Position numbers and translations under genes: made by a program | Source: Acidobacteriota bacterium | GTDB taxonomy: Bacteria; Acidobacteriota; Thermoanaerobaculia; Multivoradales; Multivoraceae | Reading direction: 5' to 3' | DNA: 64,000 nucleotides | Assembly (NCBI GenBank): GCA_026707325.1 | Contig: JAPOXA010000082.1 | Span: forward strand, 14,026 to 78,025 | Shown: piece after piece, positions 20,112-28,688 of the stretch | Layout: the number at the start of each line of letters is the position of its first letter | How positions within the stretch are numbered: position 1 is the stretch's first letter | The notes under the pieces: model-generated | What the model was told of the DNA's origin: nothing | Databases searched by the model: none | The model's input: only the letters and a program-made list of their open reading frames with translations

Positions 20112-20897
20112 ATGAGAGTTCTCATCCTCCTCGTCTCGACGCTTCTGAGCTCCGCCGTCGCGGCCCAGCCGAACCGGCTCACGTCGGCCCGGCTGGACGG
20201 CGATGTCCTGCGGCTGGACGTCGCCCGGAATCCACAGGCCGTTCGGCACTTCCCCCTGTCAAGCCCGCCGCGCGTCGTGATCGACATCTTCGGAGTCGAC
20301 CAGTCGGCCGCCGAGATGCCGCAACCGCCACAGGGCAGCCCGGCCTTCGAAGTGCGTACCGGCGAGCATGCCGACTTCCTGCGCGTGGTCGTCGACCTGC
20401 GAGCGGCCCTGCCTTCCTACCAGGTACGGCAGTCGGAAGGACTCGTCGAGGTCGGTCTCGGCTCCGGCACGCTGCCGCCATCCGCGACCGGCGTCCTGAT
20501 CGGGGAGTCGCCGGATCCCGGATCACCGTCGGGCCCTCGCACCGCCGCCGCCCCGGTCGTCGACGTCGCCGTCGAGGCCGCGCCAGCCGGACAGCCGGCG
20601 GTGGCGATCTCTCCCGTGTCGCCGGCTCCGACCGGCAGCGAACTGCAGAACCTCGACGACCTGACGACGGACGAACTGCTGGCCCTGATCGACGCGGAAC
20701 TCGCCGCGGCGGGGCTCGATCAGCAACAATCCGCGAAAGAGCTGATCGAGCAGGTCGAAGCCGAGCTCGCCCGCCCCGTCAGCCCGACGACCCCCGAAGC
20801 GCCGGGCCAACCGGAAGAGCGGGCGCCCGTCGAGGAAGGCGACCCCGCCGATCGACCGCCGTTTCGCTTCATCGACGAAGACGACCCGCCCCGCTAA
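20112..20897 (+). CDS. AMIN domain-containing protein with acidic low-complexity C-terminus
   Basis: It has a signal peptide. AMIN-like blocks are VLRLDVARNP..PPRVVIDIFGV and ADFLRVVVDLRAALPSYQV. Confidence 0.5.
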   Translation: MRVLILLVSTLLSSAVAAQPNRLTSARLDGDVLRLDVARNPQAVRHFPLSSPPRVVIDIFGVDQSAAEMPQPPQGSPAFEVRTGEHADFLRVVVDLRAALPSYQVRQSEGLVEVGLGSGTLPPSATGVLIGESPDPGSPSGPRTAAAPVVDVAVEAAPAGQPAVAISPVSPAPTGSELQNLDDLTTDELLALIDAELAAAGLDQQQSAKELIEQVEAELARPVSPTTPEAPGQPEERAPVEEGDPADRPPFRFIDEDDPPR

Positions 20898-20900
20898 GGT

Positions 20901-20918
20901 CGCCGGCTAAAGCCGGCG
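20901..20918 (+). terminator. Short GC hairpin after the AMIN gene
   Basis: CGCCGGC-TAAA-GCCGGCG lies 4 nt after the stop. There is no clear U-tract. Confidence 0.3.
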
Positions 20919-20949
20919 GCTGATTCCATGGGGCTTCGCCGCGCCCTGT

Positions 20950-20971
20950 CCGGGGGTCAGAAGACCCCCGG
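20950..20971 (-). terminator. GC hairpin downstream of the convergent membrane-protein gene
   Basis: CCGGGGG-N8-CCCCCGG lies about 25 nt beyond the stop at 20996 on the minus strand. Confidence 0.3.
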
Positions 20972-20995
20972 CAACTGACCCGCGCACCCAGTTCT

Positions 20996-21502
20996 TCAAC
21001 ACCAGAAGCACCAGTGGTAGGGCGGCCGGAAGTAGGTGATCAGCCGGCCGCAGACGATGACGCCGATCCAGCAGGCCAGGGAGATCGCCGCCGCGGCCCG
21101 GGCGCCCGGCGGTGCAGCCGCCTCCGCCGCGGCCACACGCACCGGCCGGAACGCGAAGCGGTAGAACACGAGGATGTTCAGGCCGGCGATCGCCATCAGC
21201 CACAGCTTGATCTGGAACGCCGGGTTGTAGAGATACTGATTCGGAGCGCTGACCAGGAACAGGAAGCCGGTGCAGAGGTTGAGGGCGTAGCCGCCGACGC
21301 CCCAAGGCACGAGCCGGTGCAGCGCGTCCATCGGTACGCCCCGGGCGACCCCGAGCAGGCGGAGGTCCCAGAGGCCGATGCAGCCGATCAGCAGGGACAG
21401 GCCCAGGAAGTGGAGAGATTCCACCGTCGGCCAGCCCCAGGACGTGTGCATGAAGCTGTAGATGCCGCTCTTCTGGCCGATCGAGTACAGCAGGTCTTCC
21501 AT
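20996..21502 (-). CDS. Hypothetical polytopic membrane protein (paralogue 2 of tandem pair)
   Basis: It has about four hydrophobic segments. It shares the blocks DLRLLGVARGVP, NPAFQIKL and GRLITY with the upstream gene. It ends in HWCFWC. Confidence 0.65.
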   Translation of the reverse strand: MEDLLYSIGQKSGIYSFMHTSWGWPTVESLHFLGLSLLIGCIGLWDLRLLGVARGVPMDALHRLVPWGVGGYALNLCTGFLFLVSAPNQYLYNPAFQIKLWLMAIAGLNILVFYRFAFRPVRVAAAEAAAPPGARAAAAISLACWIGVIVCGRLITYFRPPYHWCFWC

Positions 21503-21523
21503 CGCTCTCGCCCGTTTCCCGTC

Positions 21524-22027
21524 TCAGTACAGGAGGTGCGAGGCCAGCATGACCTTCGCCGTGTAGGCGAGAAAGCGGCCCGAAGTGATCACGGCGACCC
21601 AGAGCACGAGGGACACCGCCGCCAGCACTTTCTCCCTCCTGGGCGCCGGGACGGGGTCGCGACGTGAGTCCCCCAACACGCCGCGCATCAACGCTCTCAT
21701 GATCCAGAGCGCAGCGACGATCGCCGCCAGCTTGAAGTAGAAGACGGGGTTGGTCAGAGCCTTGGCGGGATACGCCAGGAGCAACGCGAGTCCCGACAGC
21801 GTGACCACCACGAGGCTCGCCCACAGCACCGGGAGGTAGCGCCGCATGAGCGACCGGGGCACGCCCGGGGCGACACCGAGGACGCGAAGGTCCGTCACCA
21901 CGTGGATGCCGGCCACGAAGGCCATCCCGATCGAATGGAAGACGAGGCTCGAGAAGAAAGCCCCACCCGACTCCCGCATCCAGGTAGACGAGCGTGTCTC
22001 CTCGAGCCAGATCAGAAAGTCGATCAC
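21524..22027 (-). CDS. Hypothetical polytopic membrane protein (paralogue 1 of tandem pair)
   Basis: The start is GTG at 22027. The blocks DLRVLGVAPGVP, NPVFYFKL and GRFLAY parallel those of the downstream gene. Confidence 0.65.
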   Translation of the reverse strand: MIDFLIWLEETRSSTWMRESGGAFFSSLVFHSIGMAFVAGIHVVTDLRVLGVAPGVPRSLMRRYLPVLWASLVVVTLSGLALLLAYPAKALTNPVFYFKLAAIVAALWIMRALMRGVLGDSRRDPVPAPRREKVLAAVSLVLWVAVITSGRFLAYTAKVMLASHLLY

Positions 22028-22048
22028 TCTCGCTGTCCGCCCGATCCG

Positions 22049-23809
22049 CTACCGACGTTGCTCTTCGATCCAGGCGTCGATCAGCTCTTCCAGGATGTCG
22101 AGTGGCACGGAACCGTTGGCGAGCACCGCATCGTGGAAACGGCGGACATCGAAGTCCTCGCCGAGCGCCTCTTCGGCCCTTGCCCGTAGCTCGCGGATCT
22201 TCAGTTCGCCCATCTTGTAGGCAAGGGCCTGGCCCGGCCAACTGATGTAGCGGTCGGTTTCGGTCGTGACCTCGTGGAGGGAGAGCGCCGTGTTCTCGGC
22301 CAGGTAGTCGAGCACCTGCTGGCGCGTCCAGCCCAGAGCGTGCACTCCGGTGTCGACGACAAGCCGGCAGGCCCGCCAGATCTCGTAGGTCAGGCGGCCG
22401 AAGTTGCTGTACGGATCCTCGTAGATGCCCGCCTCGAGCCCGAGGTACTCGGCATAAAGCCCCCACCCCTCACCGAAAGCTGAGAGATAGTCGTGGCGCC
22501 GGAACTCGGGGACGGCGGCCATCTCGGCCGCGAGCGCGGTCTGGAGGTGATGACCCGGTACCGCCTCATGCAGGGTGAGCGCCGCAAGCGCGTAGAGGGG
22601 CCGGCTCGGGAGGTTGTAGGTGTTGACCCAGTAGATGCCGGGCTGGGTGCTGTTGTACGGGGCGGACACGTAGCGGCCGGCGGTGTACTTCGGCGCCATG
22701 TGGTCCGGGACCGGCTCGACCGTGTAGGGAACCCGCGGCAGGGTGGCGAAGAGCGACGGCAGCTTGCCGTCCATCGTCTTGGCGATCCAGGCGGCGCGCT
22801 CCAGCAGCTCCTGCGCGGTCTTCGGGTAGAAGCGCGGATCGGTGCGCAGGAAGTCGAGGAACTCGGCGTACGAGCCCTCGAAGCCGGTCTCGCGGATCAC
22901 GTCGGCCATCTCGGCCCGGATCCGCGCGACTTCGCTCAGGCCGATCTCGTGCACCTCCTGCGGCGTCACGTCGAGAGTGGTGAACCAGCGCACCTGATCC
23001 GCGTAGTACGCCTGGCCGTCCGGCAGGTCGGAGGCCCCGATGGTGTCCCTGGCGCCCGGCAGGTACTCGCCGACGAAGAAGTCGTGGAAGCCCTGGTAGG
23101 CCGGCACGACCGCGTCGGTGATCGCGGCCTCGGCGTCCGTCAGGATCCGCTCGCGGTCCATCTCTCCCACCGACGCCGGCACCTCCTCGAACGGCGCCCA
23201 GAAGGCGCTGTCCTGCGGATCGTCGACGATGTGGGCGGAAATCGTGTCCTCGTAACCCTCGAGCGTCACCCGCGGCAGGGTGAAGCCGCGCTCGATCCCC
23301 GCGCGCATGTGGCTCTGCTGCTGCTCGAAGTAGGCAGGGATCGCCCGCATCCTGGCGATGTAGTCGTCGTAGTGGTCGGGGGTCCGGAACGGCATCGGGC
23401 GGTGCATGCGGGCGAACCCCATGTGGAAGCCGGAGTCCGCGTTGAGCGGCATCTGGTAGCCGCCGAACTCGAAGCCCTGCACGCTGCTCCGAAGCTGGCG
23501 CTCGAACATCCGCGCATTGATCCGGTCCGCATCCGTGAGGCCGGAGACATCGATTCTCTCGAGGCGCCCCAGCAGATCGCGGCGGCGCTCGACTCGGCGC
23601 TCGATCGCCTCCAGACTCATGTCCGCCAGTTCGTCGTTCCGGCTGTGATCGCCGACGCTGGTCGCGAACTGCGGGCTCTCGAGGAGCCTCGCCGCCCAGT
23701 CCTCCTCGAACAGCGCGTAGAGCTGATCGCGGGCGTCCGGAGCCGGCGCGCAGGCGGCCAGCGCGACCAGCGCGACCAGCGCGACCGGCATGAGCAACGC
23801 GGAGGTCAT
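22049..23809 (-). CDS. DUF885 family (metallopeptidase-like) lipoprotein
   Basis: The signature HEAVPGHHLQ is present. The lipobox-like N-terminus is MTSALLMPVALVALVALAACA. An alternative start is ATG at 23833. The track N-terminal extension to 24076 is Arg-rich and overlaps the divergent gene. Confidence 0.82.
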   Translation of the reverse strand: MTSALLMPVALVALVALAACAPAPDARDQLYALFEEDWAARLLESPQFATSVGDHSRNDELADMSLEAIERRVERRRDLLGRLERIDVSGLTDADRINARMFERQLRSSVQGFEFGGYQMPLNADSGFHMGFARMHRPMPFRTPDHYDDYIARMRAIPAYFEQQQSHMRAGIERGFTLPRVTLEGYEDTISAHIVDDPQDSAFWAPFEEVPASVGEMDRERILTDAEAAITDAVVPAYQGFHDFFVGEYLPGARDTIGASDLPDGQAYYADQVRWFTTLDVTPQEVHEIGLSEVARIRAEMADVIRETGFEGSYAEFLDFLRTDPRFYPKTAQELLERAAWIAKTMDGKLPSLFATLPRVPYTVEPVPDHMAPKYTAGRYVSAPYNSTQPGIYWVNTYNLPSRPLYALAALTLHEAVPGHHLQTALAAEMAAVPEFRRHDYLSAFGEGWGLYAEYLGLEAGIYEDPYSNFGRLTYEIWRACRLVVDTGVHALGWTRQQVLDYLAENTALSLHEVTTETDRYISWPGQALAYKMGELKIRELRARAEEALGEDFDVRRFHDAVLANGSVPLDILEELIDAWIEEQRR

Positions 23810-23907
23810 CCGTTCCAGTCGCACTCTGCTCATCGGAAACGGCAACCCTATCGAAGCGCCGCGGACCGAGTACCGCCCGTGCCGGCTGTTACGATCCCTG
23901 GTCGCGC

Positions 23908-25071
23908 GTGAAGAAACTGTCCGTCCTTCTGCTCGCAATCGTCGCGGCCGGCGCCTCCGCGACGGACGCCTCCACGCTTGAGCTTCGCCGCGGCGACCGG
24001 CTCTGCCTGGTGGGCAACACGTTCGCCGAGCGATTCCAGCTCTTCGGCTACTTCGAGAGCGGGCTGCTGGCGGCATTCCCCGACCTGGAGCTGTCTGTCC
24101 GCAACCTCGCCTGGTCGGCCGACGAAGCGGCGCTGCGGCCGCGACCGCTGGACTTCGGCGCGGTCGACCGTCATCTCGCGGCGCAGGGCGCTGACGTCGT
24201 CCTGCTGTTCTACGGCGCCAACGAGTCGTTCGCCGGCAGCGAGGGCCTGCCGGCGTTCAGGAACGACCTCGGGCGGCTGCTCCGCCATGTCTCGAAGCAG
24301 CTCTACAACGGTTCCGAACCGGCGCGCATCGCCCTCGTCTCGCCGATACCACAGCAGGCGCTGCCTTCCGGCCGCGGGCTGGACCCGGAGGCGGTCGAAC
24401 GCCGCAATGCCGACCTCCGGGCCTACACCGGGGCGGCCGAGGTCGTCGCGGCCGAGAACGGCGTGCCCTTCCTCGACATGTTCGACGGCGTCGCGGCCGC
24501 CTTCGCCGGCGCGCCCGCTCCGTTGACGGTCAACGGCCTGCATCTGAACGAGGCCGGCTACTGGCACGCCTCCCGGGCGCTGCTCGAGGCGCTCGGCGCT
24601 TCGGCGCCGGCTACCGTCGCAGCCTCGGCGGAGGGCGGCACGCGACTGGAGATCCGGCCGCCGGTCCTGCCACCGGGACCTCACGGCAATGCGGACCGCC
24701 TCCGCATCAGCGTCAGCGACCTGGCGCCCGGCTACTACGCCCTGCGACGCGGCGACCGGACCCTGGTCTCCGCCAGCGACGGAGACTGGGCGAAGGGCAT
24801 CGACATTCAGGCGACGCCGGCCATCACCGCACTGGTGGAGGCCGGCGACGGCTTGCGCCGCGTGGTGCTGCGCAAGAGCCGGCTGTTCTTCGACCGCTAC
24901 CGCGCCGTGAACGGTTACTACATCTACGGCGGGCGCAAGGAGCCCTTCGGCGTTCACTCCTTTCCGCCCGAGATGGTCCGCTTCGACGAACTCGTCGGCG
25001 AACTCGACGCCGAGGCCCGCGACCTGGCTCGCTCGGGCGAAACCTGGCGACTGGAGCGCGTCGACCGATGA
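23908..25071 (+). CDS. SGNH/GDSL-type hydrolase family protein
   Basis: It has a GTG start and a signal peptide. Family blocks are LCLVGNTFAE, LLFYGANES and HLNEAGY. Its stop overlaps the next start (ATGA). Confidence 0.7.
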   Translation: MKKLSVLLLAIVAAGASATDASTLELRRGDRLCLVGNTFAERFQLFGYFESGLLAAFPDLELSVRNLAWSADEAALRPRPLDFGAVDRHLAAQGADVVLLFYGANESFAGSEGLPAFRNDLGRLLRHVSKQLYNGSEPARIALVSPIPQQALPSGRGLDPEAVERRNADLRAYTGAAEVVAAENGVPFLDMFDGVAAAFAGAPAPLTVNGLHLNEAGYWHASRALLEALGASAPATVAASAEGGTRLEIRPPVLPPGPHGNADRLRISVSDLAPGYYALRRGDRTLVSASDGDWAKGIDIQATPAITALVEAGDGLRRVVLRKSRLFFDRYRAVNGYYIYGGRKEPFGVHSFPPEMVRFDELVGELDAEARDLARSGETWRLERVDR

Positions 25072-28000
25072 GTCGACCGATCAACCTTGTCCCGCTCGTT
25101 GCACTTCTGGCCGGGGCTCATGTTTCCGGCCTGGCGATCGGCCAGAACGTCGCCGACGAAGAGCCGAACCGAGGCGGCGAGCCGCGGTACGAAGCACGCG
25201 ACCCCGCCTTCGCACTGCAGCACCTTCATCCGGCCGAGGGGTACGAGGTCTCGCTGTTCGCCTCCGAGCAGGACTTTCCCATCGGCAACCCGGTGGCGAT
25301 GACGTTCGACTCCCGGGGCCGGCTGTGGGTGGCGACGATGCCCTCCTATCCCCAGCGGCTACCGGACGAGGAACCCGACGACAAGATCGTGATTCTCGAG
25401 GATCGCGACGGTGACGGCCGCGCCGATCACCACACCGTGTTCGCCCGCGGCCTCCACGTGCCGACCGGTTTCGAACTCGGGGACGGCGGCGTCTACGTGG
25501 CGCAGCAGCCGAACCTCATGTTCATCGAGGACACGGACGGCGACGACGTGGCCGACCGTTACGAGGTCATCCTGCACGGCTTCGGCACCGAGGACAGCCA
25601 CCACTCGATCTCCGCCTTTACCTGGGGACCCGGCGGCGCGCTCTACTTCCAGGAGGGTACGTTCCATCACAGCCAGGTCGAGACGCCCCACGGCCCGGTG
25701 CGGCTGGTCGATGCCGGCGTCTTCCGCTACAAGCCGAACCGCTTCCACCTCGAGGTCTTCGTCTCCTACCCCTTCGCCAACCCCTGGGGCCACGTCTTCG
25801 ACCGCTGGGGGCAGAACTTCATCGCCGACGCCTCCGGCGGCGCGAACTACTTCGGCGCTCCGATCACCGGCAACGCGCCCTACCCGACGAAGCGCCGGCG
25901 GATGAAGGTGTTCACGTCGATCGTCCGGCCCACCTCCGGCTGCGAGATCGTGAGTTCCCGCCACTTCCCGGACGAGGCGCAGGGCAACTTCCTGGTCAAC
26001 AACACGATCGGTTTCCAGGGCATCAAGCAGCACCGCGTGATGGAGGAGGACTCGGGCTTCACCTCCGAGGAGGTCGAGCCGCTTCTCTACTCGACCGACA
26101 TCAACTTCCGGCCCGTCGACCTGCAGTTCGCCCCGGACGGGTCGCTCTACATCGTCGACTGGTTCAACCCGCTGATCGGCCACATGCAGTACTCGCTCCG
26201 GGACGATCGCCGCGACCACGACCACGGCCGGATCTGGCGGCTGCGGCACGGCTCGCGGCCGCTCCTCGATGCGCCCGAGATCGCCGCCGCCTCGACACCG
26301 GCGCTCGTCCCCCTGCTCGAGAGCTACGAAGACCGCACCCGCTACCGTGTCCGCCGCGAACTCCGCGAGCGACCGCGCGACGAGGTGCTGGCCGCGGTCG
26401 AGGCGTGGCTGGACGATGTCGACGCCCGCGAACGCGGCGACGGCGCCAACCTCTCCAATCTGGAGCACCACCGCCTGGAGGCTCTCTGGCTCTACCAGAA
26501 CCTGAACGTCGTCGAGCCCGAGCTGCTCGGCCGCATGCTCGACTCGCCCGAACCGCGGGCGCGAGCGGCCGCGACCCGGGTCGCCCGCTTCTGGCGGCGC
26601 GAACTGGACGATCCCCTGTCGATCCTGGTCGCCCGCGCCGAAGACTCCTTCCCGCGGACCCGCCTGGAAGCCCTGCTCGGTCTGAGCTACCTGGAATCGG
26701 AGCCGGCCGCGCTGGCGGCCCTCAAGGCGCTGGACCAGCAGACCGACTACTACCTCGACTACGTCCTCGGCGAGACGATCGACACCCTGGAGGACTTCTG
26801 GCTCCCGGCGCTCGAGTCGGACCGCGAGCCGCCGCTGCTGGAATCCCTGGCGCCGCCTTTGGCCGGCTACCTGCTGAGCCGCCTCTCGACCCGGAAGCTC
26901 GAGCGCCTGCCCGCCCACTCCCTCGTCGACCGCGCGGTGCTCCGCCGTGCCGACGCCGGCGTCGAGCGCCAGCGTCAGGCGCTGGCGAGCCTGACCGGCG
27001 GCGAACGCGGTAGCCGTTTCATCCACGAGACGCCGGCCTTGCTCCTGGCCGGAGAACTGGCGGAGCTGGACCAGGATCGGCCGGCCGATCCGGAGCGCTT
27101 CGACCGGATCGTCCTGCACCTGATGGAACAGGACGCTTCCTCCCTGCTCGCCGCCCGCAGCGAGTTCGAAGCGCTTGCCGGGAACGGCGCCCGGCAGCGC
27201 ACGCGAAGCGCCGCCATTGCCGCCCTGATCGCCGCCACCGGCGACCCGTCGCCGGACAGCGTGCTGCCCCGCCGCCGGACCGAGGACCAGTTGATCGACT
27301 GGCTGCGCGCCGTGGACCACCTGCCGCCGGCGCTCCGGGCAGAGGCCTACACTGACGTCTCATCCCTGTTCGACGACCGCCAGAGGCGCGACCGGAGCGT
27401 GCTCGACGCGGCGGTCCGGACGCTCGCCGGCATTACCCGGGACGCCGGCCGCAGTTTCCGGAGACTGGCCGATCTCGTCTCCGATCCAGCGATGGGGCTG
27501 GCGGCACTCGAAGGCCTCGGCCAGCTGACCGCCGAGGCCTCCGACGCCTGGCCCGCGGCCGGCGGTGAGGACGCGCTCGCCGGTCCGATCCTGGCCGCCC
27601 TCCGCGACGCGCCGCCCCGCGAACTGACCTCGCCGCGTTACCGGCGCATCCACGACCTGGGCCTGCGCCTCGCCGATCGGCAGATCGATCGCAGCGACGG
27701 CGAGGGCGGCGGCGACCTCCGCGAAGAGATCGTCAACCTCGGCGCCGCGATCGTCACGCTCCGACCCGTCCCTCACCAGATGCTGTTCGACCTCGAGGAG
27801 TTCACGGTGCGCGCCGGCGGGCCGGTCGAGATCACCTTCGAGAACATCGACGTGATGCCCCACAACGTCGTCGTCACGAGGCCCGGGGCGCTCGAAGAGG
27901 TCGGCCGCGCCGCCGACGCGGAAGCGGAGCGCAATCCCGCCGGAGCCGAGGCGTCGGGCTACGTCCCGAAGACGCCCCTGGTCCTCTTCCGCACCGGCCT

Positions 28001-28688
28001 GGTCCAGCCGGGCGAGACGGAGGTCCTGCGCTTCAACGCCCCGAAGGAACCTGGCCTCTATCCCTTCGTCTGCACCTTCCCCGGACACTGGATCCTGATG
28101 AAGGGCACGATGCGGGTGGTCGAGCGGCTCGACGGCGCGGCGGTCACGCGCTACGCCGCCCCCCGGCTCGCCCCGGACATTCCACAGCGCGCCTTCGTCG
28201 CCGACTGGAAGTACGAGATGCTGGAGACCGACGTCGCTCCCCTGGATGCCGCGCCGCCGGCAAGCGACGAGGAAATCGAGCGCGGCCGTCTGCTCTTCCT
28301 CGAGGCCGGCTGCGCCACCTGCCACCAGTTCGCCGGCGGCGGCGGCGAGATCGGCCCGGCCCTCGACGACGTGCGCGAGCGTCTCGGAGCGCTGGACACC
28401 CTGCGGCACATCCTGGAGCCCTCCGACGAGGTGGCCGAGGACTACCGCACGAGCCTGGTCGAGACCCGCGACGGCCGCTTCTACTCCGGTCTGCTGGTCG
28501 AGGCCGGCGAGGACGCCGTGCGCATCCGCTCGAACCCGCTCGACCCGAACCACATCGAGTCGATTCCACGCGAGGAGATCGAGAGCCTCGACGAGTCGTC
28601 TCTCTCGCCCATGCCGAGCGGCCTGCTCAGCACGCTCCAGCCGTCGGAGGTCCAGGACCTGATCCGCTACGTCCTCCACTCGCCGTGA
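25068..28688 (+). CDS. PVC-type heme-binding CxxCH protein: sorbosone-dehydrogenase-like beta-propeller + HEAT repeats + cupredoxin + cytochrome c
   Basis: The N-terminal membrane-bound-dehydrogenase-type region reads FASEQDFPIGNPVAMTFDSRGRLWV. The type-1 copper ligand pattern is MPHNVV...FVCTFPGHWILM. The heme motif is CATCH at nt 28311-28325. Confidence 0.85.
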   Translation: MSRPINLVPLVALLAGAHVSGLAIGQNVADEEPNRGGEPRYEARDPAFALQHLHPAEGYEVSLFASEQDFPIGNPVAMTFDSRGRLWVATMPSYPQRLPDEEPDDKIVILEDRDGDGRADHHTVFARGLHVPTGFELGDGGVYVAQQPNLMFIEDTDGDDVADRYEVILHGFGTEDSHHSISAFTWGPGGALYFQEGTFHHSQVETPHGPVRLVDAGVFRYKPNRFHLEVFVSYPFANPWGHVFDRWGQNFIADASGGANYFGAPITGNAPYPTKRRRMKVFTSIVRPTSGCEIVSSRHFPDEAQGNFLVNNTIGFQGIKQHRVMEEDSGFTSEEVEPLLYSTDINFRPVDLQFAPDGSLYIVDWFNPLIGHMQYSLRDDRRDHDHGRIWRLRHGSRPLLDAPEIAAASTPALVPLLESYEDRTRYRVRRELRERPRDEVLAAVEAWLDDVDARERGDGANLSNLEHHRLEALWLYQNLNVVEPELLGRMLDSPEPRARAAATRVARFWRRELDDPLSILVARAEDSFPRTRLEALLGLSYLESEPAALAALKALDQQTDYYLDYVLGETIDTLEDFWLPALESDREPPLLESLAPPLAGYLLSRLSTRKLERLPAHSLVDRAVLRRADAGVERQRQALASLTGGERGSRFIHETPALLLAGELAELDQDRPADPERFDRIVLHLMEQDASSLLAARSEFEALAGNGARQRTRSAAIAALIAATGDPSPDSVLPRRRTEDQLIDWLRAVDHLPPALRAEAYTDVSSLFDDRQRRDRSVLDAAVRTLAGITRDAGRSFRRLADLVSDPAMGLAALEGLGQLTAEASDAWPAAGGEDALAGPILAALRDAPPRELTSPRYRRIHDLGLRLADRQIDRSDGEGGGDLREEIVNLGAAIVTLRPVPHQMLFDLEEFTVRAGGPVEITFENIDVMPHNVVVTRPGALEEVGRAADAEAERNPAGAEASGYVPKTPLVLFRTGLVQPGETEVLRFNAPKEPGLYPFVCTFPGHWILMKGTMRVVERLDGAAVTRYAAPRLAPDIPQRAFVADWKYEMLETDVAPLDAAPPASDEEIERGRLLFLEAGCATCHQFAGGGGEIGPALDDVRERLGALDTLRHILEPSDEVAEDYRTSLVETRDGRFYSGLLVEAGEDAVRIRSNPLDPNHIESIPREEIESLDESSLSPMPSGLLSTLQPSEVQDLIRYVLHSP

